Source of the DNA: Methanobacteriota archaeon
Lineage (GTDB): Archaea > Thermoplasmatota > Poseidoniia > Poseidoniales > Thalassarchaeaceae
DNA length: 64,000 bases
NCBI GenBank assembly: GCA_028355015.1
Contig: JAOMRN010000003.1
Span: forward strand, 151,740 to 215,739
Reading direction: 5' to 3'
The position numbers and the translations under genes were made by a program. Below the pieces are notes generated by a model, which was not told the origin of the DNA, searched no databases, and worked only from the letters and a program-made list of their open reading frames with translations. Positions 9,900 to 19,102 of this stretch are shown piece after piece. Within the stretch, counting starts at the first letter, position 1, and every line of letters begins with the position of its first letter.

Positions 9900-11303
9900 A
9901 TGGCAGAAGGTTCCGGAATAGCAACAATAATGATATTTGCAATAGTATTAGTCCTAGTGGCTACCACAATATTTTTCGCACAGCGATATAAAAGATGCCC
10001 TCCAGATAAGATAATGGTAGTATATGGACGTACTTCCAAAGGTGCGGCATCTAGATCTATACATGGTGGTGCTACATTAGTTTGGCCGCTAATTCAGGAT
10101 TACTCATTCCTATCATTAACTCCTATTACTATCAATATTGATTTGAAAAATGCTCTTTCGATGCAGAATATTCGAATTAATGTGCCAAGTACTTTCACAG
10201 TAGGGATTAGTACTGAACCTGCAATTATGACTAATGCTGCAGAGCGTTTATTGCAACTTACACCCCAACAAATCGAAGAAATGGCGAAAGAAATAATCTT
10301 TGGTCAACTTCGTTTGACTGTTGCTTCCCTTACTATCGAGCAGATTAATCAAGATAGAGACACATTCCTAGAAATGACTAGAACTAATGTAGACACTGAA
10401 TTACAGAAAATTGGTATTCATCTGATTAACGTTAACCTAGTAGATATTACTGATGAGTCCGACTATATCGAAAGTATTGGTAAGAAAGCGGCTTCCACTG
10501 CTGTTGAGAATGCGCGTATTGACGTAGCAAATGCAGAGAGAGACGGAGCAGTTGGTGCTGCAAAAGCAAATAGAGTACGTGAGATTGAAGTTGCTAACAA
10601 CCTAGCAGAAGCAGAAAAGGGCCGTAAGACCGCAGAAGCAGATCAGCGTGTATATGTTGGTAATCAAGAGGCATTAGCGGTTTCCGGTGAGAACGCTGCA
10701 ACTGCAATAGTCAAGAATTCAGATGCGGATCTGGCAGAGATTGAAGCGGCTGCTAAACAGCGTGCTGCAGTTGCTGCGGCACAGGCTGAAGCGGAAATCC
10801 AGCGTGCTTTCTTCAAGGAAGAAGAAGCAAGATTACAGGCGAGTGAGATTGTACGTGAACAAATTCAGAAACAACAGATTGAAATTTCTGCAGAAGCAGA
10901 AGCGGAACGTCTTCGTCGTATCGCTAGAGGAGATGCAGATGCTATCCTCGCTAGATATGAAGCAGAAGCAGCAGGTATTCAGAAAGTGTTGGATGCTAAG
11001 GCGAGTGGTTATGCAGGATTAGTAAAGAGTGCTGGTGGAGATACCAAAGCAGCAGCTACCCTTCTAATGGTTGAGAAGATTGAAAGTATGGTTGCAGCTC
11101 AAGTTGAAGCTATACGTAATATGAAGATCGACAAGGTAACTGTATGGGATGGCGGAAATAATTCCGATGGTACATCTGCAACAAGTAATTTCGTGAGCAG
11201 TTTGGTACAAAGTTTACCTCCTATTCATGATGTTGCAAAAATGGCTGGTGTAGACCTACCAGACTATCTTGGATCATTATCTGATGATACAACTAACGAA
11301 TAG
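9900..11303 (+). CDS. Flotillin family SPFH/band 7 protein
   Basis: N-terminal TM, RYKRCPPDKIMVVYG, GQLR..ASLTIEQINQDR, AEA-rich coiled coil, KIDKVTVWD. Confidence 0.92.
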   Translation: MAEGSGIATIMIFAIVLVLVATTIFFAQRYKRCPPDKIMVVYGRTSKGAASRSIHGGATLVWPLIQDYSFLSLTPITINIDLKNALSMQNIRINVPSTFTVGISTEPAIMTNAAERLLQLTPQQIEEMAKEIIFGQLRLTVASLTIEQINQDRDTFLEMTRTNVDTELQKIGIHLINVNLVDITDESDYIESIGKKAASTAVENARIDVANAERDGAVGAAKANRVREIEVANNLAEAEKGRKTAEADQRVYVGNQEALAVSGENAATAIVKNSDADLAEIEAAAKQRAAVAAAQAEAEIQRAFFKEEEARLQASEIVREQIQKQQIEISAEAEAERLRRIARGDADAILARYEAEAAGIQKVLDAKASGYAGLVKSAGGDTKAAATLLMVEKIESMVAAQVEAIRNMKIDKVTVWDGGNNSDGTSATSNFVSSLVQSLPPIHDVAKMAGVDLPDYLGSLSDDTTNE

Positions 11304-11359
11304 GGCATTGTCCTAACTTGAACAGTCATCCTCATGAATGACTTACATCTCGGACTGTC

Positions 11360-12583
11360 ATGGTCGTTGAAGATGTAGTAATTGTAGGTGGTGCCCGCAC
11401 TCCTTTTTGTGAATGGCAGGGTGGCAAGAGAGGCGATGGTCTACCAGGTGGATTATTGAAGGATACAAGTGCTTTGAAATTAGGTGAAATTGCAATTTTA
11501 GGGGCCTTGGAAAAAACAGGAACTCCTCCCGAAAGCGTAGACCATGTAGTAATGGGATATGCTTTACAGACCTGTGATCAGGCAATATTTGGTGCCAGAC
11601 ATGCAGGTCTAGGTGCAGGGATACCTCAAGAAGTCCCGATGCTAACACTTTCTCGAATTTGTGGCTCAGGAGTTCAATCAATCGTAACTGGTGCTCAAAT
11701 GATTATGCTTGGTGAAGCATCTACTGTAGTATCTGGAGGTATGGAAAACCTATCTCAAGCGCCTCATGTCTTGCGCGGCATGAGGGATGTGTACAAATTA
11801 GCACGGCCACCAAAAGAAGGTGTAATGTTGGAGAAAGATATGGAAGACTATCTTTTCACAAACTTACTAGATGGTATGTGTGGGTCTTTTATGGCTCAAA
11901 CTTCAGATGAAATTTGTCGAAGGAAAGGAGTAACACGTGAAGAGACTGATGAATTTGCAGCACTCTCTCACTCAAGGACAGCTTCTTCAATTGCTAACAA
12001 TATTTGGGAAAATGAAATTGTTAAAGTCGGCGAAGTAGGCCATAAAGATGAAGATCATGTAGTTTTGAACTCAACTTCCGAATCCTTAGCTCAACTAAGG
12101 ACTGCCTTTGGGCCGGATAGTCTAGTTACTGCTGGTAATGCTAGTGGAGTAGTTGATGGCGCCGCTGCAGTTGTAATTAAGTCAGCATCCCAAGCAGCAT
12201 CTGATGGTGATTCTCCTCTTGCAAGAATTGTTTCTTGGGGGATAGTAGGTTTAGATCCAGCAATCATGGCATACGGGCCTGTCCCCAGTAGTCGCTTGGC
12301 TCTAGAAAAAGCAGGGCTTTCAATTCATGATATAGATCGTTGGGAAATTAATGAAGCCTTTGCAGGTCAGGCGGTGGCTTGCATCAAAGACTTAGGTCTA
12401 GATGTTCAGAAAGTTAATGTCAATGGTGGTGCGGTTGGTTTAGGTCATCCACTTGCAGCTACTGGGACTAGGCTTGTACTTACCCTTGCTCATGAATTAA
12501 AGAGATCCAATGGTAAATATGGCGTTGCAACAGCGTGTATTGGCGGCGGCCAAGGTATTGCAATGGTAATCGAATCGATTTAA
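11360..12583 (+). CDS. Acetyl-CoA C-acyltransferase (thiolase)
   Basis: RICGSG, TAGNASG..DGAAA, EINEAFA, GHPLAATG, ACIGGGQG. Confidence 0.95.
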   Translation: MVVEDVVIVGGARTPFCEWQGGKRGDGLPGGLLKDTSALKLGEIAILGALEKTGTPPESVDHVVMGYALQTCDQAIFGARHAGLGAGIPQEVPMLTLSRICGSGVQSIVTGAQMIMLGEASTVVSGGMENLSQAPHVLRGMRDVYKLARPPKEGVMLEKDMEDYLFTNLLDGMCGSFMAQTSDEICRRKGVTREETDEFAALSHSRTASSIANNIWENEIVKVGEVGHKDEDHVVLNSTSESLAQLRTAFGPDSLVTAGNASGVVDGAAAVVIKSASQAASDGDSPLARIVSWGIVGLDPAIMAYGPVPSSRLALEKAGLSIHDIDRWEINEAFAGQAVACIKDLGLDVQKVNVNGGAVGLGHPLAATGTRLVLTLAHELKRSNGKYGVATACIGGGQGIAMVIESI

Positions 12584-13386
12584 ATTAAAATCGATATAAT
12601 TTCTTGAGTATATTTTATCATACTTAATGAGATTATCATAATGAATAAACTAGTAATAAATTTTACTGGTAAGTAATTGATTGCATATTTCGCACCACTA
12701 AATGACAATATAGTCACTAAAAATGGGATTGCCAATGCATATATTGTCGCTTGAGTATATATTTCTGAAGCGGTACCATCAATTATAATATGTGAAATAA
12801 TTGCAGTTGGTACAACCATTGCAGCTAACATGAAAGAAGTTCCAGAAGAGGATTTAGTATCAAAACCCCCATAATTCCTATTTGTTGTAACGAATATCCC
12901 TCCTCCACCTATTCCAAGTAGGCCTGACGACATACCTCCAAAGAAAACTCCTATAGACCAATATTTTTCATTCATTTCTCCTATGGCTTGACCAGTGATA
13001 TCTTCTCGATTTAACATTCTGATTATCGCTTTATAAAATATCCAGGTTACTATTGATAAAGCCATAATCTTTATTGCGATATCACTAATTATTTCAATTA
13101 ATAAAAAACCAATAATTGTTCCAATAATAGCTCCAGGTATAGCGAATAAACTTCCTTTTTTAGCAACATCTAGATCGCCAAAACCCTGCCTATTATGTGC
13201 GGCTTGGCTACCCATAGCCACCGACCATACTAGAATTAATGACCCTAATATTGCTATTTTTATTTCCCATCCAAGTAAGTAATGAAGAATTGGCATAAAT
13301 ATAACTCCTCCTCCTAGTCCTAATGGTGAGAAGATTAGGCCAGTCATAAGGATTAGAAAAATTACTAATATCGTATCAGAATCCAT
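12580..13386 (-). CDS. TauE/SafE family (sulfite exporter-like) membrane protein
   Basis: Duplicated GLGGG / GLLGIGGG motifs, about 8 TM. Confidence 0.85.
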   Translation of the reverse strand: MDSDTILVIFLILMTGLIFSPLGLGGGVIFMPILHYLLGWEIKIAILGSLILVWSVAMGSQAAHNRQGFGDLDVAKKGSLFAIPGAIIGTIIGFLLIEIISDIAIKIMALSIVTWIFYKAIIRMLNREDITGQAIGEMNEKYWSIGVFFGGMSSGLLGIGGGGIFVTTNRNYGGFDTKSSSGTSFMLAAMVVPTAIISHIIIDGTASEIYTQATIYALAIPFLVTILSFSGAKYAINYLPVKFITSLFIMIISLSMIKYTQEIISILI

Positions 13387-13403
13387 AATTTCTCCTTATT
13401 AAT

Positions 13404-14393
13404 TTATGATAATATGATTATTGTCACATAACTACTAATCAACATTGATATTGTTGCTATAACTCCAACTAGAAGTATTGCTCCACCAGTATTTTTCATA
13501 CTTTCTTTAGTGATAAAAAAACCAACAGATGCAAGTAATGGTAATAACAAATATTTCCCAATATTTGCCAATAAATCTGCAATTATTGTTGGTAGAATCC
13601 AGGTTGATAGTATTGCAGCAATAACAAACCCTGGTACAAAGTATGGTATTGATCCAATTTTGACATGTTCTCCTTTCTCTTTGTTAATTTTATTACCAAT
13701 TAATGCACAGATAGGTACTATGAATACTAAAAGTGAGACTCTAGATAGTTTCACAGCGGTAGCTATCACCATTGCCTCACCACCAATTGTCTCACCTGCT
13801 GCGACTGCTTGAGGTACTGCGTGAATAACCGAACCTGCCCAGATTCCTGCTTGCTCTTCCGATAAACCAAGTATTGATGACAGCAATGGTACAATTAAGA
13901 AAGTAATCAGACCAAGTAAATTGATTACTGCTAACACTACTGCAACTCTTTCTTCTTTTAATCTCAAGCCAGGAGATACAGCAACTACTGCACTATTACC
14001 GCATATCGCCCCTCCTGTACCGAGAGCAATGGTTGTCTCGATGTCTAAATTTACATATTTTCCAATGAAATAACATATTATGAAACTAGTTAATGCAGTA
14101 GAAAATACTGTGAAAAAACCAGTTAAACCAATCTCAGGGGCAAAGAAGGTGGTTAGATTTAGCCCAAATCCTAGCAATATTATTGCAATCGGCATTATCA
14201 TGCTAATCATCCATTTCCCTCCTTCTTCTGTATTAGGGATGTAATAAGCGATTATAGAACCTAAGATTAGTGCTAAGGTACTGGACCCTAGACTAATATC
14301 CCAATTCGATAGCAATAGATTTACTAAATATGCAATTACAGAAATTAAAATTGCCGTAGTTATACCAACATTTTTACTCATCAGCATCACCAT
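13404..14393 (-). CDS. YeiH family putative sulfate exporter
   Basis: IILLGFGL, GGAICGNSAVVA, GIWAGSVIHAVPQAVAAG, VKLSRV. Confidence 0.88.
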   Translation of the reverse strand: MVMLMSKNVGITTAILISVIAYLVNLLLSNWDISLGSSTLALILGSIIAYYIPNTEEGGKWMISMIMPIAIILLGFGLNLTTFFAPEIGLTGFFTVFSTALTSFIICYFIGKYVNLDIETTIALGTGGAICGNSAVVAVSPGLRLKEERVAVVLAVINLLGLITFLIVPLLSSILGLSEEQAGIWAGSVIHAVPQAVAAGETIGGEAMVIATAVKLSRVSLLVFIVPICALIGNKINKEKGEHVKIGSIPYFVPGFVIAAILSTWILPTIIADLLANIGKYLLLPLLASVGFFITKESMKNTGGAILLVGVIATISMLISSYVTIIILS

Positions 14394-14397
14394 TACA

Positions 14398-15564
14398 CTA
14401 AATTAATCCATTAGAAATTAATCCTGCTGCTAAGAATGTTCCAGCAGTTGAACCTAGATTCCCTAAAGCCGTGACCATCATTACTTTTCCAACTTTATTT
14501 CTAAAGAACATATTATACATGCTAGAAAATTCCAAGAAATCCGAGGCATCTTTTCCAGTTGGTGGATTCATTTTTAGTTGAGTATAGCCTGCAAACCATC
14601 CTGCTGCCAAACTTGGATTAAGTGACGTAATTGGGGATGCTAATGCACCTACAATTATTGAAAGAGGGTGGCCTCTGGCAATAAGAATGCCCAATCCAGT
14701 TAGAAAAGCATTCAATGCTAGCCATATAGATAATGAATCCCATACTGTAGTGAAATCTCCATTATATGCACTCTTCCCTAATGCTGCTATAAGTAAAATT
14801 GGTATTGCTAACATTAGATATTTTGGCCAGTTTGGTTTCTTAGGTTGTTCATTGAGTTTAGATAATTTTGAAGTAGATTCCATTGTCGGTTTCTTAAGAT
14901 TTTCTTGAATCCCTGTAAGATGTCCTGCTCCTACTATTGCTAAGATTTTTCCTTTGCCTCTGATTTGCTGAATTCTTCCACTTAGAAACTCATCTCTTTC
15001 ATTAATTAGTACATGTCCTGCATTAGGTGCGATTTTATACACATCTTCCATCATATTACTGAGTAAATCACTATCCTCAAGTAACTCTTCTAGATCAAAT
15101 TCGTCATCGTCATCTTCACTTAACAATGCCTCAAATACTCTCATCTTTTCTCTTAATCCCATTTTATGCCATGCTCTTCTTAGAGTTATCACTACGTCTC
15201 TGTCGATTAATTCTATGGGGACATCTAATTCTTCTGCAATGTTTATCGCAGCTAATAGTTCAGCACCCGGTTTTTCTCCTGAATCTATTCCCATTTTTCT
15301 TTGTTGGACCGACAGAGCGGATTGGAGTATTATCATAGCTGACTTTCCGTCACTAATTATTTTCAATAACTCTTCATTATCTATTCCTTCTGGTTTCTTT
15401 AGTGATGCTAGTCTTGATTCACAGAGTTCGACCGCAATTACGTCGGGCTTATACTCAATAATCTGATTTTTTACTAGATTCACAGAAGTAGTGCTTACAT
15501 GAGCAGTACCTAGTAGGCGAAGATTTTCATCAATATCAATGATGTTTTTTGTATCTTTTGGCAT
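14398..15564 (-). CDS. TraB/PrgY (TraB/GumN) family protein
   Basis: LGTAHVS, VELC, ERD, VGAGH, C-terminal TM segments with ASPITSLNP..AAGW. Confidence 0.9.
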   Translation of the reverse strand: MPKDTKNIIDIDENLRLLGTAHVSTTSVNLVKNQIIEYKPDVIAVELCESRLASLKKPEGIDNEELLKIISDGKSAMIILQSALSVQQRKMGIDSGEKPGAELLAAINIAEELDVPIELIDRDVVITLRRAWHKMGLREKMRVFEALLSEDDDDEFDLEELLEDSDLLSNMMEDVYKIAPNAGHVLINERDEFLSGRIQQIRGKGKILAIVGAGHLTGIQENLKKPTMESTSKLSKLNEQPKKPNWPKYLMLAIPILLIAALGKSAYNGDFTTVWDSLSIWLALNAFLTGLGILIARGHPLSIIVGALASPITSLNPSLAAGWFAGYTQLKMNPPTGKDASDFLEFSSMYNMFFRNKVGKVMMVTALGNLGSTAGTFLAAGLISNGLI

Positions 15565-16403
15565 TAAAAATCCTCCAATGCAAACATTGCTCTAAACATA
15601 TCTACATGTTCTGGGACATCATGCACTCTGATGATATCGACGGCTCTTGATTTAGCCATTGCAGCTACGCCCAAAGTCCCTGCTAGCCTATCTTCGGCAT
15701 CGTTTCTACCTAGTAAATCTGAAAACATTCTTTTCCTACTTACTCCCCACATGAGGCTCATATTTTCCATTGGGATGACATCTCTTCCAGCAGATAAAAG
15801 AGCAATATTGTGGTGTAATAATTTCCCAAATCCGATTCCAGGGTCCCCAATTATTTGTTCTATTCCAATACCAGAATCTACTAGGATATTCACTTTACCA
15901 GTGAGCATTTCTCTAACTTCTTCGACAACGTCGCTATACTCTGGATTATCTTGCATATTTTCGGGGACTCCTTTCATATGCATAATGCAAATAGGGCAAT
16001 TTCTTGATTTTATGACTTCTATCATTCTTGGGTCACTAAGTGCAGAAACGTCATTAATCATATCTGCTCCTTCATCTAATGCGGCTTCAGCAACATCTGC
16101 CCACCTAGTGTCTATGGATATCCCTATGCTTGGATATTTCTTTCTAATAGCACGTACTACAGGTATGATGCGTGCAATTTCTTCATTAGAATCAATAGTT
16201 TTTGCTCCAGGTCTGGTTGATTCCCCCCCTATATCTAACCAATCTGCTCCATTGTCGACCATTTCTGCCGCAATTTCTAGAGTTTCTTCAACACTAGATA
16301 GTCTTGAATTAGCATAAAATGAGTCAGGAGTGATATTTAGAACCCCCATTATTCGTGGAAAACCGTCATCTCGGCGACGTATCAAGGGTCTCCAGTCAGC
16401 CAT
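15564..16403 (-). CDS. folP: Dihydropteroate synthase
   Basis: IMGVLNITPDSFY, DIGGESTRPG, SIDT, INDVS, DPGIGFGK, SRK, RVHDV. Confidence 0.95.
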   Translation of the reverse strand: MADWRPLIRRRDDGFPRIMGVLNITPDSFYANSRLSSVEETLEIAAEMVDNGADWLDIGGESTRPGAKTIDSNEEIARIIPVVRAIRKKYPSIGISIDTRWADVAEAALDEGADMINDVSALSDPRMIEVIKSRNCPICIMHMKGVPENMQDNPEYSDVVEEVREMLTGKVNILVDSGIGIEQIIGDPGIGFGKLLHHNIALLSAGRDVIPMENMSLMWGVSRKRMFSDLLGRNDAEDRLAGTLGVAAMAKSRAVDIIRVHDVPEHVDMFRAMFALEDF

Positions 16404-16458
16404 ATTGGTACGTCGATTCTACCAACCCTTTATGATGTGATGTAGTGGCAATCCAACG

Positions 16459-17130
16459 ATGGTTATTGGAGACGAGACGCTTTTAGATACATCTAATTCT
16501 GTTTCTCCCTCTATTTCCCCTAGTGTAGAGGGTGACTCAATGAATCAACCATCATTAGAAATGATGGAGTCAATAATCCAAAGATTACAGCCTCAAAACA
16601 GGCATGATATTAGAGATATGATATTTAATCGAGGAAGGATATCAGGGGCTATGCTAGTAATGGCAATATTACTTTGGTGGATATCTGTTGAAAAGGGTGC
16701 TGAGAGATTAGGAGATGCAGCTATTCCGGTTTCACAATTAGGTGGTTTTGAATTTTCAGAATTAAGTATAATTGTCCCTACAATCGCTTTATTAGCAACT
16801 TTAGTGATGTCAATTGGTAGAGAGCAAGGTAATGCGATTCTATCCAACGTCGCAGGAATATTAATGATTCTTGGTGCTTTCTATATTCTAGAACCATTCG
16901 GAAATCTTGCTTTGGGTGTAGGCGAGATAGAGTTAAGAAATGCAATTTCTGCCAGTGGTAGGCTTTCAATTTTAGCAGTTTTACTGCATTTTGCTACAAA
17001 ATTCTTTTTTGACGCTTTACTTCTTCAGTGGGTAAGATCGTTCCTCCTTTCGAACGATGTCGACATATTCCCTTCTCAAAATACTACTCTTTACGAGGGT
17101 CATGCTGATGAAGAAGCGCCTCTCGGATAA
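16459..17130 (+). CDS. Hypothetical membrane protein
   Basis: 223 aa, about 4 TM, TTTAT about 30 nt upstream. Confidence 0.7.
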   Translation: MVIGDETLLDTSNSVSPSISPSVEGDSMNQPSLEMMESIIQRLQPQNRHDIRDMIFNRGRISGAMLVMAILLWWISVEKGAERLGDAAIPVSQLGGFEFSELSIIVPTIALLATLVMSIGREQGNAILSNVAGILMILGAFYILEPFGNLALGVGEIELRNAISASGRLSILAVLLHFATKFFFDALLLQWVRSFLLSNDVDIFPSQNTTLYEGHADEEAPLG

Positions 17131-17135
17131 GATGT

Positions 17136-17699
17136 ATGAATCCCCCTGGGCTACCTCACATAGGTGTTCTCCGTTTAGGTCATAGAAGGGATAGGGACAA
17201 GAGAATAACTTCTCATTTAGGTCTGACAGCTAGAGCATTTGGTGCTAATGAGATCCATCTAGCAGGTGAAATAGACCCTTCTGCTTTAGAAACGTGGAAT
17301 TCTGTATCTAAGAGATTTGGTGGTAATTTCAAATGCCGGTATGAAGAAAAACCACTTAGTTTTCTGAGAAGATTTTCCAAAGGTAAAGGAGATGAATCTG
17401 GAACTATTATTCATTTGACGATGTATGGTGAACCATGGAAGGAAGCATTGCCTAAAATAGATCTTGATAAACCCATGATGATAGTAGTTGGTGGGACAAA
17501 AGTACCAGGAGAAGTTTATCGTTTAGCCGACCATAATGTGTCGATAGGGAATCAACCTCATTCAGAGGTGGCCGCCTTAGCTATTTTTCTTGATTCACTT
17601 GTAGGTCCTATAGATGATTTGAGCCATTTTCCTGATGGAGAAATAAGAGTTATACCTAATGGAATTAGAAAACAAGTAATAACTTTTGAAGAGGAATAA
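17136..17699 (+). CDS. trm56: tRNA (cytidine(56)-2'-O)-methyltransferase
   Basis: VLRLGHRRDRDKRITSH, HLTMYG, VGG.KVP, SIGNQPHSEVAALAIFLD. Confidence 0.93.
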   Translation: MNPPGLPHIGVLRLGHRRDRDKRITSHLGLTARAFGANEIHLAGEIDPSALETWNSVSKRFGGNFKCRYEEKPLSFLRRFSKGKGDESGTIIHLTMYGEPWKEALPKIDLDKPMMIVVGGTKVPGEVYRLADHNVSIGNQPHSEVAALAIFLDSLVGPIDDLSHFPDGEIRVIPNGIRKQVITFEEE

Positions 17700-17770
17700 T
17701 TTTTTTCTCTAACTTCTCGACTGATTATTATACGTCAATGATTAATAATCTGGTTCCAGCAGTATCGTTG

Positions 17771-19102
17771 ATGTCGAAGTCGACACCGGGTAGAGGATTC
17801 TCTCCCGGGGCCGATATTTTAGGTGTTAAGAATGCTCCTAAATTTTCCGATGCAGCCGATATTTTGGTAGATTCGGATGATATACAACCTGCAAGCCTAG
17901 CCCCTGGTCTACTTTTGTTGGCAGACGGAACTCGATTCAGAGGTTCATTATTTGGTGCAGAAACTATTGCTCAAGGAGAGTTGGTTTTTACTACAGGAAT
18001 GTGTGGTTATCAAGAAAGTCTTACGGATCCTTCATTTGCAGGACAAGTACTAACATTTACTTGGCCACTTCTTGGAAATTATGGAATACATGCTAATAGC
18101 TCAGAGTCTTCTGGTGTTTGGCCTCGAGGAATTGTTTGTAGGGAATTGATGAAAGTACCGGATCATAGAGATTCAATAGGTAGCGTACATGAATTCTTGT
18201 TATCTCATGGTGTCCCTGGAATTGAAGGAATCGATACAAGAGCTTTAACAAGAAGAGTTCGAGAACATGGAACCGTTTTATGCGTATTTGGACCATTAGA
18301 AAAGGAACAAGAAATGCAGAATGTTCTTGATAATCTTGTACCACCCGATTCTGAAGATCTAGTAGCAGAAGTTACATGCTCAGAATCAGTACTTTTGAAC
18401 GAAGGTGCAGAAGATTTTGATGGTAATTCCTTACCTCGTTTGGCAGCGATTGATTGCGGAATTAAATTTAATATTTTACGTGAGTTATGTCATCGATTTG
18501 AGGTAGTTTGGTGCCCAGCAAATATGCCATTCGATGAGATTATTGAAAAGTGGTCACCTGACGCATTTTTCTCTTCTAATGGACCAGGAGATCCTGCACA
18601 CCCCGGTGCTGCAACAATTGCTCGAGAAACGCTTTCATCAGCGGTTAGAGCAGATTTTCCAGTAATGGGTATTTGTCTTGGACATCAATTAATGGGTCTA
18701 GCAGCTGGTCTTAGGACATACAAACTAAGGTATGGGCATAGAGGAGCAAATCAGCCAGTAATCGATTTACAGAGTGGTAGAGTGCATATTACTAGCCAGA
18801 ATCATGGCTTTGCAGTAGAAGATCCGGAACAAGGTATGCTTGCCCCACATCCCAGTGGCGTATATTCAGAAAAGGGAGAAAATGTTCTAGGGGCTGATTT
18901 CAGAGTCAGATATGTTAATGCCAATGATAGAACTGTTGAAGGTCTAGACTTAGTCGACAAGTCATCATTTACAGTTCAATTTCATCCTGAGGCATGCCCT
19001 GGGCCTCATGATGCGGCCCCTTTATTCGATAGATTTTCCGAGATTGTCGCAAAAAATTTCCATCTAAATAAAGTAACTCATGCCCCGAGAGGTGAGAAAT
19101 AA
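17771..19102 (+). CDS. carA: Carbamoyl-phosphate synthase small subunit
   Basis: GELVFTTGMCGYQESLTDPSF, SNGPGDP, GICLGHQ, TSQNHGFAV, QFHPEACPGPHD. Start could also be 17738. Confidence 0.95.
   Translation: MSKSTPGRGFSPGADILGVKNAPKFSDAADILVDSDDIQPASLAPGLLLLADGTRFRGSLFGAETIAQGELVFTTGMCGYQESLTDPSFAGQVLTFTWPLLGNYGIHANSSESSGVWPRGIVCRELMKVPDHRDSIGSVHEFLLSHGVPGIEGIDTRALTRRVREHGTVLCVFGPLEKEQEMQNVLDNLVPPDSEDLVAEVTCSESVLLNEGAEDFDGNSLPRLAAIDCGIKFNILRELCHRFEVVWCPANMPFDEIIEKWSPDAFFSSNGPGDPAHPGAATIARETLSSAVRADFPVMGICLGHQLMGLAAGLRTYKLRYGHRGANQPVIDLQSGRVHITSQNHGFAVEDPEQGMLAPHPSGVYSEKGENVLGADFRVRYVNANDRTVEGLDLVDKSSFTVQFHPEACPGPHDAAPLFDRFSEIVAKNFHLNKVTHAPRGEK

Noticed and set aside
10723..11022. 99-aa alternative-frame ORF inside flotillin, and the other short nested ORFs in the track
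   Set aside because: By-products of biased codon use in the real genes; no start signals or recognisable motifs.
14398..15564. TraB as evidence of a conjugative element
   Set aside because: TraB/PrgY-family proteins are ordinary chromosomal genes in archaea; no transfer genes nearby.
15631..16317. 228-aa plus-strand ORF
   Set aside because: Antisense shadow of folP; Ser/Ile-rich with no motifs.
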